From positions 4,030,001 through 4,094,000 of the forward strand of contig OZ024752.1 of the NCBI GenBank assembly GCA_964016885.1: 64,000 nt of DNA, given 5' to 3'. Positions 1-13,329 of the stretch are shown piece by piece. Made by a program: the position numbers and the translations under genes. Each line of letters starts with the position of its first letter. Positions within the stretch are counted from its first letter, which is position 1. Source of the stretch: Eledone cirrhosa. Taxonomy: Eukaryota. The notes under the pieces were generated by a model. The model did no database searches. It saw only the letters and a list, made by a program, of their open reading frames with translations, and was not told the origin of the DNA.

Positions 1-161
1 ATTGTGTGTGTGTGCGTGCGTGTGTGCGTGTGTGCGTGTATAGCTCTTCCTTTGTGTGCTTCGGTCTCTTTCGATATGTAAGTGGGTGTGTATGGAGTGT
101 AAAAAATGAGATAGATAGATAAAAACATGCATATATACATACACGCATACATACATACATA

Positions 162-573
162 CATGGTGGCTGCCAACTCGTTTTCGAGTACGGCCACTAC
201 TTTATATCCATGTAGGAGAACCCCTACCGATGGCGCTGAACGAGTGTAACTATTTAGTCCAGCCAGCGACTTGAAAACTCTGGTACAAACACTACACCTG
301 TGACAATTATTGACACATAGTGATAGGGCCCATGGTACCATGTGATGACAAGCGCAGAGAGATCTCCAGATATAAAGCAATGCCTGTGCCCTGAAGCTTT
401 TATAGTGAGCAAAGGCACTGCACAAAGCCAGTCCCACTCTCTTAACCAAGATGATATTTACCAAAAAGAAGAACAAGTCAACATCATTGGATACCATCAG
501 GGTTGCAGGTGTTATATCAGAGTTTTCCTTCTCCTAGAATTCTGCCTTGACAAAGGCTAAGGGGTCATCTCTC
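162..573 (-). mobile_element. 5'-truncated tandem copy of a short RTE-LINE-derived element
   Basis: Near-identical to 601-1011 (period 439 bp); (CATA)n tail on the left; terminal hairpin CTCG-tttt-CGAG. Confidence 0.75.
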
Positions 574-600
574 ATACATACATACATACATACATACATA

Positions 601-1226
601 CATGGTGGCTGCCAACTCGTTTTCGAGTACGGCCACTACTTTATATCCATGTAGGAGAACCCCTACCGATGGCGCTGAACGAGTGTGACTTTTTAGTCCA
701 GCCAGCGACTTGAAAACTCTGGTACAAACACTACACTTGTGACAATTATTGACACATAGTGCTGGGCCCATGGTACCATGTGACGACAAGTGCAGAGAGA
801 TCTACAGATATAAAGCAATGCCTGTGCCGTGAAGCTTTTATAGTGAGCAAAGGCACTGCACAAAGCCAGTGCTACTCTCTTAACCAAGATGATATTTACC
901 AAAAAGAAGAATAAGTCAACATCATTGGATACCATCAGGGTTGCAGGTGTTATATCAGAGTTTTCCTTCTCCTAGAATTCTGCCTTGACAAAGGCTAAGG
1001 GGTCATCTCTCCCGGTGATTTTGGATGGTCATTGACTCTTAAGAGCTCCTTTGCCCTTTGACAGGTTTTGTTTTTAGTCTTGCAGGATGTCCAAAGTCAC
1101 CCTCCTCACCAAGAAACCTTGGTGGGGTTGCCAGTTTAGTCGCCAACGACCCGACCATGAGACAGGTTGTACTGGGATACATGTTACCAGTAGCACCAAC
1201 TGGTGGCCTGACATAACTGGTGACCA
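601..1226 (-). mobile_element. Short internally deleted (bipartite) RTE-like element: 5'UTR-like part fused to a C2H2-finger 3' end and (TATG)n tail
   Basis: Minus-strand peptide CSVCTRVFKSLAGLKSHTR resembles the C-terminal Zn finger of RTE ORFs; flanked by (CATA)n at 574-601 and 1231-1315; no RT/EN coding sequence. Confidence 0.6.
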
Positions 1227-1621
1227 TATATATACATACATACATACATACATACATACATACATACATACATACATACATACATACATACATACATACA
1301 TACATACATACATACAGTCAACGCGATCAGTCGCATATTTTGGCGTGGAAGACTATTTATTAAATTTAAGATGACAACTATGATGACAGTAATGCCACAA
1401 CTACAGTTATGTTAAATAACTGGTTATTCTTCTAACTATATCTTCTGAAGACACTTTTTATTCGAATTCGTAGAGATAGCCGACTAAATAGATAATTCAT
1501 TTTACAAGGATTTGCTACAAACAGCATGGCTGAACACAACATCAACAACAAAATTAAGGAAGTACCGAAGACAGCCAACAAGAAAGGTAAACAAACTTTA
1601 TTCAGTTGTAACTAAAACAAG

Positions 1622-1908
1622 ATGGCGTAGGACAGAACAAAGGTGAGGCACAAAAAACAAAGAAAAGAACCCCAGTCACTGAAGAGTTCACAGATGTGTG
1701 ACGAAAGAACTTTGACAATATATAAACAACCATCTGGAAATTTATAAATTCCTAAATTTATAAATTTATTATAATAAATTGAAGTGAAATCAACTGGTGC
1801 GTGTGTTTCTTATTGGCAGCATGACCCTCCCAAAGTATAACAATATCGGTTTCAACACACGTTTTCAGATAAAGAATCTTGCTAAACAAATTCAAAACCA
1901 AAATATTA
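1622..1908 (+). mobile_element. ~290 bp hammerhead-bearing module (family 1), Penelope pLTR-like
   Basis: Clear homology to 41784-42097 (ATGGCGTAGGA...CATGACCCTCCCAAAGTATAACAATATCGGTTTCAACACACG...); ends in (TA)n. Confidence 0.7.
1675..1716 (+). ncRNA. Type I hammerhead ribozyme motif (family 1)
   Basis: GTCA-CTGAAGA-gttcacagatgtgtgac-GAAA-gaac-TT-TGAC: stem I GTCA/TGAC, stem II TCACA/TGTGA, predicted cleavage after 1712. Confidence 0.75.
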
Positions 1909-2057
1909 TATATATATATGTAAAAGTTATATTTAAATTGTTGGGATACAACAAGCAAATATTTTTATTTTTATAACTGATTTAAAGCACTCAACAAGTT
2001 ATTGGAGTAAAAATACGATATATTAACAAATGGAAACTATATTTATAAGACCATATT

Positions 2058-2122
2058 TATTTCATTATACATATTTCAACGACACCAAGTTAAATTATGG
2101 TGTGCTTTCATCAGATAAAATA
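2058..2122 (-). ncRNA. Type I hammerhead ribozyme motif (family 2)
   Basis: Minus strand: TATTTTAT-CTGATGA-aagcacacca..tggtgtcgtt-GAAA-tatgta-TA-ATGAAATA; downstream AAATATGGT(C/T)TTATAAATATAGTTTCCATT shared with 21.7 kb and 56.1 kb copies. Confidence 0.8.
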
Positions 2123-2171
2123 TAATATATAGCAGTTTTATAAATAAATATTGACATACCCTTAAAGAATA

Positions 2172-2223
2172 TGTATATATAGTGTGTATATATATATATA
2201 TATATAGTGTATATATATATATA

Positions 2224-2259
<36 letters not shown>

Positions 2260-2411
2260 TATATATATATATATATATAGTATATATATATATATACATA
2301 TATATATACGTATATATATATATATATACACATATATATATACGTATACATATATATATATATACATATATATATACGTATATATATAAGTATATATATA
2401 TGTATATATAC

Positions 2412-2473
<62 letters not shown>

Positions 2474-2536
2474 TCATACATACATACATACATGCGGATA
2501 AACATATACACACATATATATATATACATAAATATA

Positions 2537-2604
<68 letters not shown>

Positions 2605-2793
2605 GATATATATATATATATAGATAGATAGATAGATTTATATGTATATATACGTATATATATATATATATAGATAGATAGATTTATATGTATATATACG
2701 TATATATATACATATATATATATATATGTATATATATACGTATATATATACATATGTATATATACGTATATATATATATATATATATATATAC

Positions 2794-2876
<83 letters not shown>
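2172..2876. repeat. (TA)n compound microsatellite ending in (CA)n
   Basis: Direct inspection. Confidence 0.95.
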
Positions 2877-2877
<1 letters not shown>

Positions 2878-3344
2878 GAGATGATGAAGTATGTTTGATT
2901 TCGAATCGAATTTTTTGGTTTTGTTTTTCCGCCATTACAAAAAAATATTTTCTCTGATTCCTGATTCTCATCGAAGAAAGCCACGCTGTTACAGAGAGGA
3001 TTTCTTTCATGAAGGCGGCCATTTTTCCAAGCTCATAATGCAGTAATTCTGTTTGTTGTTTGGTGCCTTTTTTATGTTTAATAGATGGGTGTTCAGCTTA
3101 CATTGCATCTGATTGTGTTGGTGTTGTAGTTGTTGTTGTGGTTGGGAGTAGAGGTGATGAAGAAAGTGTCGAGGGTGCTGTTGCTACGGCTCTTATCGTT
3201 TCCTTGCTGTTTGTTTCATTTCATCGTTGATTTATTATTTACGTGTGAGATTATATTTATATATGTATATATATATATATATATATACATACATACATAC
3301 AACAAACATACATGTATATGTATATATATATATATATATTTGTA

Positions 3345-3413
3345 TCTACTTTAGGCACAAGGCCAGCAATTCACCAGTTCATTACTGGTACTTTATTTTA
3401 TCGACCCCGTAAG
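3345..3413 (-). mobile_element. SINE family A, 3' fragment
   Basis: GGCACAAGGCCAGCAAT...TACTGGTACTTTATTTTATCGACCCCGTAAG matches the 28540 and 45808 copies. Confidence 0.8.
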
Positions 3414-3658
3414 TTGTTTTGTTTTTCCACCATTAATATATATATATATAAAACATATATATATATATATTGAAAGGATAACAAGAACTATTGATTACTC
3501 CTTCATTGCATTTATTGATAGGTGACGCAATATGGATATATATATATATATATATATACACAGATGTGTGTGTAGTGTGTATAACATGTAATCTCTTTCC
3601 ATAAATGAATTCATATTCATATATACATATGTATATATATATATCTGTGTGTGTGTGT

Positions 3659-3719
<61 letters not shown>

Positions 3720-3989
3720 ATTTGTTATCTAAAATCTATTGGTGCTGTTATGTTGTTGTTGGTGGTGATGGTGGTAGAGTATTCGATGAGATTTATGATG
3801 GTGCTGATGACGATGTTTGTGATGGTGGTGGTGGCATTAATACTTTTGTCTATTTTTGTTACACTTTGTTACACTTTTAACTTATTTTATAAATTTCACC
3901 CCATTTTGCTCGGATTTTTCTTTCGTTGTTGTAAATACCATTATTGGATTTATTATCACTTTTATCATTAACATTGTTATTATTATTGT

Positions 3990-4460
3990 AACTTTTTCAA
4001 GTTTCACTTGAAGAGGAAAATCAGGGTGGAGAGGCAAGTGCTGCCCTCTAGCAAGTTTGTTGAAGGGTGGGTGAATGTAGCGAGAATGGTCCGAGTGAAC
4101 GGGACCACTCTGAATATACGTCTGTAGTTTGAGAAATGGAAAAATTGAGAGAGGGCGCTTGCCCTGGTGGTCAGGGTGGCCGTGGTCTTTTGTGTGGTTT
4201 TCGCCACGAGTAACCCTCGGTGGTTTCCCCCCTATTGGGGTATTTTTCATTGTTTCAATTTTCATTTTTATTGTTTATATATATATATATATGTTTCTAT
4301 GTCCTTTTTTTCTTTTCTTATATAAATAATAAAAATATTGACACGCACAAAACCCACATCGTACCGTCCTGTGCCGTCTGTAATGTTTTTCTTGATGTCA
4401 GCCCTTGTGGCCAATAAAGAAATCATTATTATTGTCATTATTATTATTTTTTTTTTTTTT
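3990..4460 (+). mobile_element. 3' end of an L1/Tx1-like LINE
   Basis: Frame 3990-4127 reads NFFKFHLKRKIRVERQVLPSSKFVEGWVNVARMVRVNGTTLNIRL*, resembling Tx1 ORF2 C-termini; then AATAAA (4413) and an (ATT)n tail. Confidence 0.55.
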
Positions 4461-4965
4461 ATTATTATTGTCATTTTTACTATTATTCGTTTTCTTATTC
4501 GTATTCTCATTGTTATTATTATTTTATTTTGTATAATATTTTCATTTTTTTTATCATGAATTTGAAGCTGGTTTCAAGAATCAGTAGCAGGGATTGCACT
4601 GTGTAGCAGGTAGAATATTAGTAGGTGAAGGAAGAACGGTTTAATAGATATTTAACTTGATTGAATATATTACACAAATAACATACCTCCAATCTGCATA
4701 CTCCTTCTCTTCATGCTCTCCCCCTTTCTATCTCTTTCTTTTACTCTCTATCTCACTCTTTCTCTTTCTCTCTTTCGCTTACTCTCTATCTCACTCCCTC
4801 ACTCTCGTTTCCTTTACTCCCCCTCTCTTTCTTTCCTTTACGCTCTATTGCACACTCGTTTCTCTTATTCTCTCTCTTACACACACACACACATACTCTC
4901 TCTCACTATCTCTCTTTCTCTCACTAACTCTCTCACTCTTGTACCTTCACTTTCTGTCGCCCTTT

Positions 4966-5129
<164 letters not shown>

Positions 5130-5332
5130 TATATGAACATCTAGATACTTATTCATGCATACATACAACTGCACTTTTACATACATGTGTACTTTCACAA
5201 AAACGAAAGAATATATGTATTGAAAAAACTATATACAATCAATGTATAATGTAACCCAGTGTAAATATGTGGGGCGGCGGGGGGGACTCCTCTCACTATC
5301 CACCTTCTCATTAATATTTTATTTATTATCAT

Positions 5333-5900
5333 TGTTTGTTGTTGTTGATGATGTTGTTGTTGTTGTTGGTGGTGTTATTGGTGGTGGTGGTGGTGGTGGT
5401 GTTATTGGTGGTGGTGGTGTTGTTGTTGTTAGTGGTGGTGGTGTTGTTATTGGTGGTGGTGTTGGTGGTGCTGTTATTGTTGTTGTTATTAGTGGTGGTG
5501 GTGGTGGTGGTGTTATTATTGGTGGTGTTCTTGTTGTTGTTGTTATTGGTGGTGGTGGTGGTGGTTTTGTTGTTGTTATTGGTGGTGTTGGCGGTGGTGT
5601 TGTTGTTGTTGTTATTGGTGGTGGTGTTGGTGGTGGCGGTGTTGTTGTTATTGGTGGTGTTGGTGTTGGTGGTGGTGGTGTTGTTGTTATTGGTGGTGGT
5701 GTTGGTGGTGGTGTTGTTGTTGTTGTTTTTGGTGGTGGTGTTGTTGTTGTTATTGGTGGTGGTGTTGGTGGTGGCGGTGTTGTTGTTATTATTGGTGGCG
5801 GTGTTGTTGTTGTTGTTATTGGTGGGGGTGGGGGTGGCGGGGGTGGTGGTGTTGTTGTTGTTATTGGTGGTGGTGGTAGTGGTGTTGGTGGTGGTGGTTG
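5333..5900. repeat. (GGT/GTT/ATT)n compound trinucleotide repeat
   Basis: Recurrent GTTGTTGTTATTGGTGGTGGT blocks; source of the poly-V/G and poly-P/T ORFs. Confidence 0.95.
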
Positions 5901-6210
5901 TGTATCGTTAAGTTGTTTCTTCTTGAAGCAGTCAGACTCTAATATGCAACATTTATTTACGTACTGAGAACAGAAGTGGTTAATTGCTATTCCAGCTGTG
6001 TTCATCTATTTTATTTTGGAATATATTTGATTTCACACACAGTCATTTACACATGCCCACACAGATACACACACTCAAATATACAGACACGCACACATGG
6101 TGAAATAAACACACATTCTCCTCCTCTTCAAACACGGTCCTTCGCAGACACATATACACAGAGACACGTATTTTCTTCACCTATACACAGATGCGTACAT
6201 ATACAGAAAT

Positions 6211-6266
<56 letters not shown>

Positions 6267-6341
6267 TCAACAGCATTAACCCTAAATGGGAAGACTAATG
6301 TAGGTAGAATTTTTTTGTACTTTATTGATTAGCACCACATC

Positions 6342-6398
<57 letters not shown>

Positions 6399-6539
6399 TG
6401 TTGTATAAGTTTGGTAGAAATATCCAGGGGTAAGTAGAGCACCGAGTGCATAGAACGAGTTAAGTGTTACTTACAAAGGCAACATATAATTGTATATGTC
6501 ACTGTTGTAACAAAAAATATATATATATATATGTGTGTG

Positions 6540-6829
<290 letters not shown>

Positions 6830-6875
6830 CGAGATATGTACATATATAGAATAATATATGTATATACATATACAT

Positions 6876-7020
6876 GTGAAGGCGCGTGGCTGAGTGGTAA
6901 GAGAATTGAACTCTCAATCGTGAGGTTATGAGTTCGATTCCTGGACCGGGCGGTGCGTTATGTCTTTGGGCAAGACACTTTATTTCACGTTGCTCCTTCT
7001 ACCTGGAGTTGCGACCGATA
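6876..7020 (+). mobile_element. tRNA-derived SINE family B
   Basis: A box TGGCTGAGTGG, B box GAGTTCGATTCC; same sequence at 10708 and 33588. Confidence 0.85.
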
Positions 7021-7110
7021 TATATATATATATCATAAAACATATATATCATAAAGTATATATATATATATATACTTATATATATATATATATACTTATA
7101 TATATATATA

Positions 7111-7142
<32 letters not shown>

Positions 7143-7145
<3 letters not shown>

Positions 7146-7416
7146 CGGGTAAAATCCCCGAGATCCATGGACGAGTTCTCTCCAGCGGTCTCTGTCCCGC
7201 ACTACCTGCGTCTCCGACAGACCAGTGTCTGTCCTTAGATCATCAACAGATGTTAACTTTACACAGGAGCACTGAGTGCATTGTCAACTAACCTCAGTCT
7301 CCTCTGTGTCACTTTTGAGCTGACATTTAAGAGGCTCCCATACAGCTCTGAGTACTTCATCGTCAGTGTGTACTGATTAATGTTCAGAGCCATCCTCAGC
7401 ATTCTCGTGTAGCACC
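7143..7416 (-). mobile_element. 3' fragment of an RTE-clade LINE inserted in (TA)n
   Basis: Minus strand reads [30 protein letters not shown] and DDLRTDTGL...[11 protein letters not shown]. Confidence 0.7.
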
Positions 7417-7433
7417 TATCCACACACACACAC

Positions 7434-7501
<68 letters not shown>

Positions 7502-7691
7502 AAGGCTTTGATACCATCAACACTATAAACACAGAGCTGGCATATCTATATACATATATATACATATATATATACATATATATACATATATATACATATA
7601 TATACATATATATATATACATATATATATATACATATATATATACATATATATACATATATATACATTTATATATATATACATATATATAC

Positions 7692-7738
<47 letters not shown>

Positions 7739-8160
7739 TATACATATATATTTATATATACATATATACATATATATACATATATACATACATATATATA
7801 CATATATGATGTGAGAAAAACCACAGACCCTCCATCTCAACTCTACTTTTGAAAAGCAGAACTGCGAAACCGGTAAAGGAACCAAATAAATTTTTTTTTT
7901 TTTTTTAAATAAGACTCCAGTTGCATTTTCGATTTCATCTCTTTTTATATACTTTCAGTCGTGTAGGACACCTCGGTTATTTTTCATTTTGTAAAAAATC
8001 CTCACTTTCTAATATATATATATACATATATATATAAACAGTGAGTTATATGGTTTGTTGATTATTATTCAACAAAGTTATTTTTATAACAGGTTTGAAG
8101 CACTCTACGTTTGTATCTGGAGTATTATTATTATTAACAATATTGATAAATGGAAATAAT

Positions 8161-8520
8161 ATCGCTTGCCCACTAGAGAATAATTGCTTAGATAGTAATT
8201 TAGTATATAAATGCACAATTAAAACTAAAGATAAACTATGTGATTATATAGGTGCCACTCCATCAAAATGTTATTATTACTTGTATAATCACAAACATAC
8301 TTTCAAACGCTTTGATAATAAATTCTCAACTTCACTGACGTAACTAATTTGGTCTTTAAAAGACAATAACATATAGTATTAAATCTCTTGGAATAAAATC
8401 AGGGATGCTCCAGTATACCCAAATTCTTCAATTTCAAAAATGTGTCAGCATTGTACCAATCCTGATAATATTATTAACAAAAAGAAAGAAATATTTAATT
8501 CTTGTTTGCATAAATTTTCG
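8161..8520 (+). pseudogene. Degenerate Penelope-like GIY-YIG endonuclease fragment
   Basis: ACPLENNCLDSNLVYKCTI..YIGAT..YNHKHTFK..STSLT*LIWSLKDNNI, similar to 31862-32290; contains in-frame stops. Confidence 0.75.
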
Positions 8521-8877
8521 AAGACCTTTCATAATCTCCATAAATGCTCTTCAACCACTTAACCATTTATATGATGCTTTGAAATCTTATCTAAGTTGTT
8601 TATTTTCAATATAAATAATATAATAATAATTGTAAAACCTAATAGATCGCGACATAACATATTCAACGTTTATCGAAAACATACCTTGAATGCAATACTT
8701 TTAACCTTATATACTATAGAGATTCACCATAGTTTGTTTACATATTTAACAAACACGGTTATATATTTATTTATTTACTCACATAATTATTATAATTAAC
8801 CATATATATTTCTAGATTATAAATTACTACACTACAATACATTTTTTTATATAAACAATATAAGATTCATATTCTTT

Positions 8878-9080
<203 letters not shown>

Positions 9081-9308
9081 TTCATAATTCTACACTAATA
9101 TTTCACCTTTTATCGACCGCCACACGAACAATATAAATACGCTATTTTTCAAAATTTTTCTAGCGTCTATAATTACGATCTTTTTCTGCTTTAATGTATC
9201 TTCGGTAATTTACATCACTTGTGATTTGAATTTGTCCTCACTGCCGTTAGCAAGTTTATACTATTAAGACTATGTCAATATCTTAACACCAAATATTATA
9301 TTTTATCT

Positions 9309-9491
9309 GGTGAATTGGCAGTATCGGTAGAGGGTTGGACGCCATGCTTTCCAGCATAGTTACGTCCCTTTACGGTCTGAGTTCAAATCCCGCCGAGGTT
9401 AACTTTGCCTTTCATCCTTACGGGGTCCATAAAATAAAGTACCAGTAATGTACTGGGTATTGCTGGCCTTGTGCCAAATGTAAAAACAATT
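9309..9491 (+). mobile_element. tRNA-derived SINE family A (full length)
   Basis: TGGCAGTATCGG A-box-like, GAGTTCAAATCC B box, conserved core TTTGCCTTTCATCCTTACGGGGTC-ATAAAATAAAGTACCAGT; about 10 copies in the window. Confidence 0.85.
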
Positions 9492-9493
9492 AA

Positions 9494-9551
9494 ATTTTAT
9501 CTGATGAAAGCACACAAAATCCTTATGTCCTTGAAATACGTATATTAAAAT
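9494..9551 (+). ncRNA. Type I hammerhead ribozyme motif (family 2)
   Basis: ATTTTAT-CTGATGA-aagcac..gtcctt-GAAA-tacgta-TA-TTAAAAT; palindromic stem III ATACGTAT; one stem I mismatch. Confidence 0.7.
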
Positions 9552-9982
9552 AAATATGGTATTATAAATAATATTTTTTAATTAATTAATATTGTTAATA
9601 TGTATATATACATATATATATATATACATATATATATACATATATATACATATATACATATGTATACATATATACATATATATACATATATATATATACA
9701 TATATATACATATATACATATATATATATATACATATATACACACATATATATATATATGCGTGTGTATGTGTATGTGTGTGTATATACACATACGTATA
9801 TATATATACACATACATATGTATATATATATACACACATATATATATATACGCATACATATATATATATACGCATACATATATATATATACACTTATATA
9901 TATACACACATATATATATATAATATATATATATATATAATATATATATGTATATATATATATATATATTATATATATATAT

Positions 9983-10261
9983 CATGGCTGCCCCTCGTTA
10001 TCGAGTATGGCCATTGCACGATATACCATTATTAATAATAATTAACTAATTCTATCGTGCAATGCCTGTGCGTGAAGATATTTTTTAAAGTGAGGAAAGA
10101 CTGTGCACTGAGCCAATCCCACTCTCTGATCGACAGTAGCTATAACCCGAAAAGAAGAAAAGATCAACATCATCGGTAATTACTGAACCGCAGGTTTTAT
10201 ATCGGAGTTATCCCAGTTTCCTGAGTTGCCTTCTCATAGAAGAATGCCCTGACAAACGCTA
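9983..10261 (-). mobile_element. Diverged relative of the 601-1226 RTE-derived element
   Basis: Shares GGCTGCC-CTCG..CGAGTA-GGCCA, GCAATGCCTGTG-CGTGAAG, AAAGAAGAA..TCAACATCAT and TGCC-TGACAAA-GCT in the same order. Confidence 0.6.
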
Positions 10262-10272
10262 CACACATTTAT

Positions 10273-10353
<81 letters not shown>

Positions 10354-10707
10354 CCACCAGCTTATGCTGACCGGACAACGATGTTACTTGTTTATTTTCC
10401 TATCTTTGGTTTGCTTTTATCCTTCTATGTTGTTTACTTGTCCCCCTGGCTTTACGCGAATTACTTTTTTTAGTTATTGCTCGCACCAACCTGAGGTATC
10501 TGATTTTTAATGCGATGAAATACCAATGATGGTTGGAAAATCACTGACGAAGGACTATTTTTATCATATGTAACCCATGTGCAAACCACGCAATAATCTT
10601 CTTTCTTCTCATGTTTTTTATATATATATACCTCGGCTGCGTTTGTCTGTTTCTCTCTTACTGCTTCCCCGCTCTCTCTGTTTCTCTCACCTTCTTTCGC
10701 ATATAGA

Positions 10708-10890
10708 GTGAAGGCATGTGGCTGAGTGGTTAGAGAATTGGATTCGCAATCGTGAGGTTGTGAGTTCGATTCCTGGACCAGGCGATGCGTTATGTCCTTG
10801 AGTAAGATACTTTATTTCACGTTGCTCCTTCTACCTGGAGTTGCGACCGATAGATAGTATTAGCAATTTGACGAAAGTCGATCGTTCCTT
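10708..10890 (+). mobile_element. tRNA-derived SINE family B
   Basis: TGGCTGAGTGG / GAGTTCGATTCC boxes; body shared with 6876 and 33588. Confidence 0.85.
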
Positions 10891-10994
10891 TATATATATA
10901 TAAATATATACATATAAATATATATAAACGGAAAAAATGAAACGAAATTTCATTTCTCACTCTTAGTACGGCTGTTACTCAAATAGTATACATA

Positions 10995-11097
<103 letters not shown>

Positions 11098-11099
11098 GC

Positions 11100-11329
11100 T
11101 TACACAACAGTTAGTTCACCATACCGAGAACAATTGTTTCACCTGGACATAGTTATACGGAACAGAAAGGACAACCGTACGAACGCGCATGCGCAGAAAC
11201 GATCACTTCACACAGGCAATACTAAATTGCGTGCGAGAGGTGTAAGGGAGATAACCATGTCCATTACGAGCTGAGGATCCGCTAAGGTGAAACAATTGTT
11301 CTCGGTATCGTGAACTAACTGTTGTGTAA
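11100..11329. repeat. Inverted repeat (~45 bp arms, 11100-11144 / 11285-11329) overlapping a hammerhead
   Basis: TTACACAACAGTTAGTTCACCATACCGAGAACAATTGTTTCACCT versus its reverse complement, one mismatch. Confidence 0.9.
11267..11304 (+). ncRNA. Minimal type I hammerhead ribozyme motif (family 3)
   Basis: CGAG-CTGAGGA-tccgctaaggt-GAAA-caattg-TT-CTCG; palindromic stem III ACAATTGT; predicted cleavage after 11300. Confidence 0.8.
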
Positions 11330-11584
11330 CCACTTCTACCTAACTCGTCCCATGGACTGAGTGCTCTACCACTACGGATATTACCTTCCAGTGTTCTACC
11401 ACTATATATATTAAATACTCCAGGAAAATCTCTTGTCGAGTGCTTCTAATCTATTCAACGAATCATATTAATCTTTGGTTATATATATACATATATATAC
11501 ACACATACATATATAAATATATATACACACATACATACATATATATATTCATATATACACACATACATACATATATATATATAT

Positions 11585-11970
<386 letters not shown>

Positions 11971-12004
11971 ATATATATACATACATATATATATATACTC
12001 ATAC

Positions 12005-12076
<72 letters not shown>

Positions 12077-13010
12077 GCGTGTGCGTGTGTGTGTGGGGGG
12101 GACCAATGGCATGGATTTAAGCTAATCTATTGGATTGGATTTGTGGCGGAGGGTCTTTGTGGAACTATTATCATGGAAAGGGAAGTGGTGGTAACGTTTC
12201 TTTCAGAGTTATCTTTCCTTCCCAGTGTGCTCGTTTGTGAATATATGCTTATATTTGCTGAGAATACAAGGAAGCCATTACACCTACAGATGGTTATACA
12301 AAAATACATAGAATTTCAGTTCTTATTTCTCAACTGACCCTAATAAATCTTCAAAGGGGCCTAGGAAAAATCGAATAGAGTTATTATAGTAATGTAAATG
12401 GGCCTCACTTAATTACCATGATGAGTATCCATGAGTATCCAGGTGTTTGATCAACTATCCGTTCATTAAATTAGCATATATGTGGCTGACTACTTCCCAG
12501 AAACGTGTTCACTTAACGTAATCTCTAAGTAGAATCATTGTGATGTAGTCACTGCGGCAATGTACCATCAATGCGACATTTATCCTTTTTTTTATACCAA
12601 CAAAACCGAGACATTCTAACATTATAGATACATGTCCGTTACTTTCAGCAATTAACTTTAAATACCAAATCCCCTGCAATCCGCTCCATCGTTCTGTTGT
12701 CTAAAAATTTTGATTTGCTACTCTTTATTTCCCTTTAAGCAGCCCTATAGGGAGATTAATCTATTAATTACTTGGATAAACTCAGTTGATCGAAGATTTT
12801 GAACACGCTATATTGCTTATATGTGATCCTAATGTATTTCTATTTAGTATGCAGAATGCTCCCTGTGGTGTTTTCTTTCAACTATATCGCCAATGAAGTA
12901 AACTGCAGGTTACGAGTTACTTTGTTTATATCCAATTCTGCCATTTTGAAAATGCTTTATTTTTCTCACTGTACATTTGGCAGCTAAGCAAATGGTATTC
13001 TTCATCATAA

Positions 13011-13235
13011 TGGCTAGACTGTTGATCAAAATGCATCGTTGTGTTTGTTCAGGCTTTTTATATTCTGAGTTCAAATCCCACCGAAGTCAACTTTGCCATT
13101 CCTTCTTTCTGGGTCGATAAAATAAAATATCATTAAAGTAGTGGGTTCGAATTTTTGAACTTAGCACAGGGGTTAATTTAATCGACTTTCGCCTCCCACC
13201 AAATATTATTCGTCTTGCACCTAAATCAGAAACCA
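13011..13235 (+). mobile_element. SINE family A (diverged)
   Basis: TTCTGAGTTCAAATCCCACCGAAGTCAACTTTGCC...GGGTCGATAAAATAAA. Confidence 0.75.
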
Positions 13236-13329
13236 GAGACCATCAGAAACCATTATTTATTTTTATCTCAGACAAAATATGGTCAAAGGCATTGAGAGTC
13301 ACCTATGATCAATCATAAGCTTTTTTTTT

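Noticed and set aside
5242-6005. Gly/Val-rich and Pro/Thr-rich (mucin/extensin-like) ORFs
   Set aside because: Trinucleotide repeat with almost no synonymous variation; no domain or splice context
6881-6955. tRNA gene-like A/B boxes (also 10713 and 33590)
   Set aside because: No acceptor stem or poly-T terminator, and they continue into a shared SINE body
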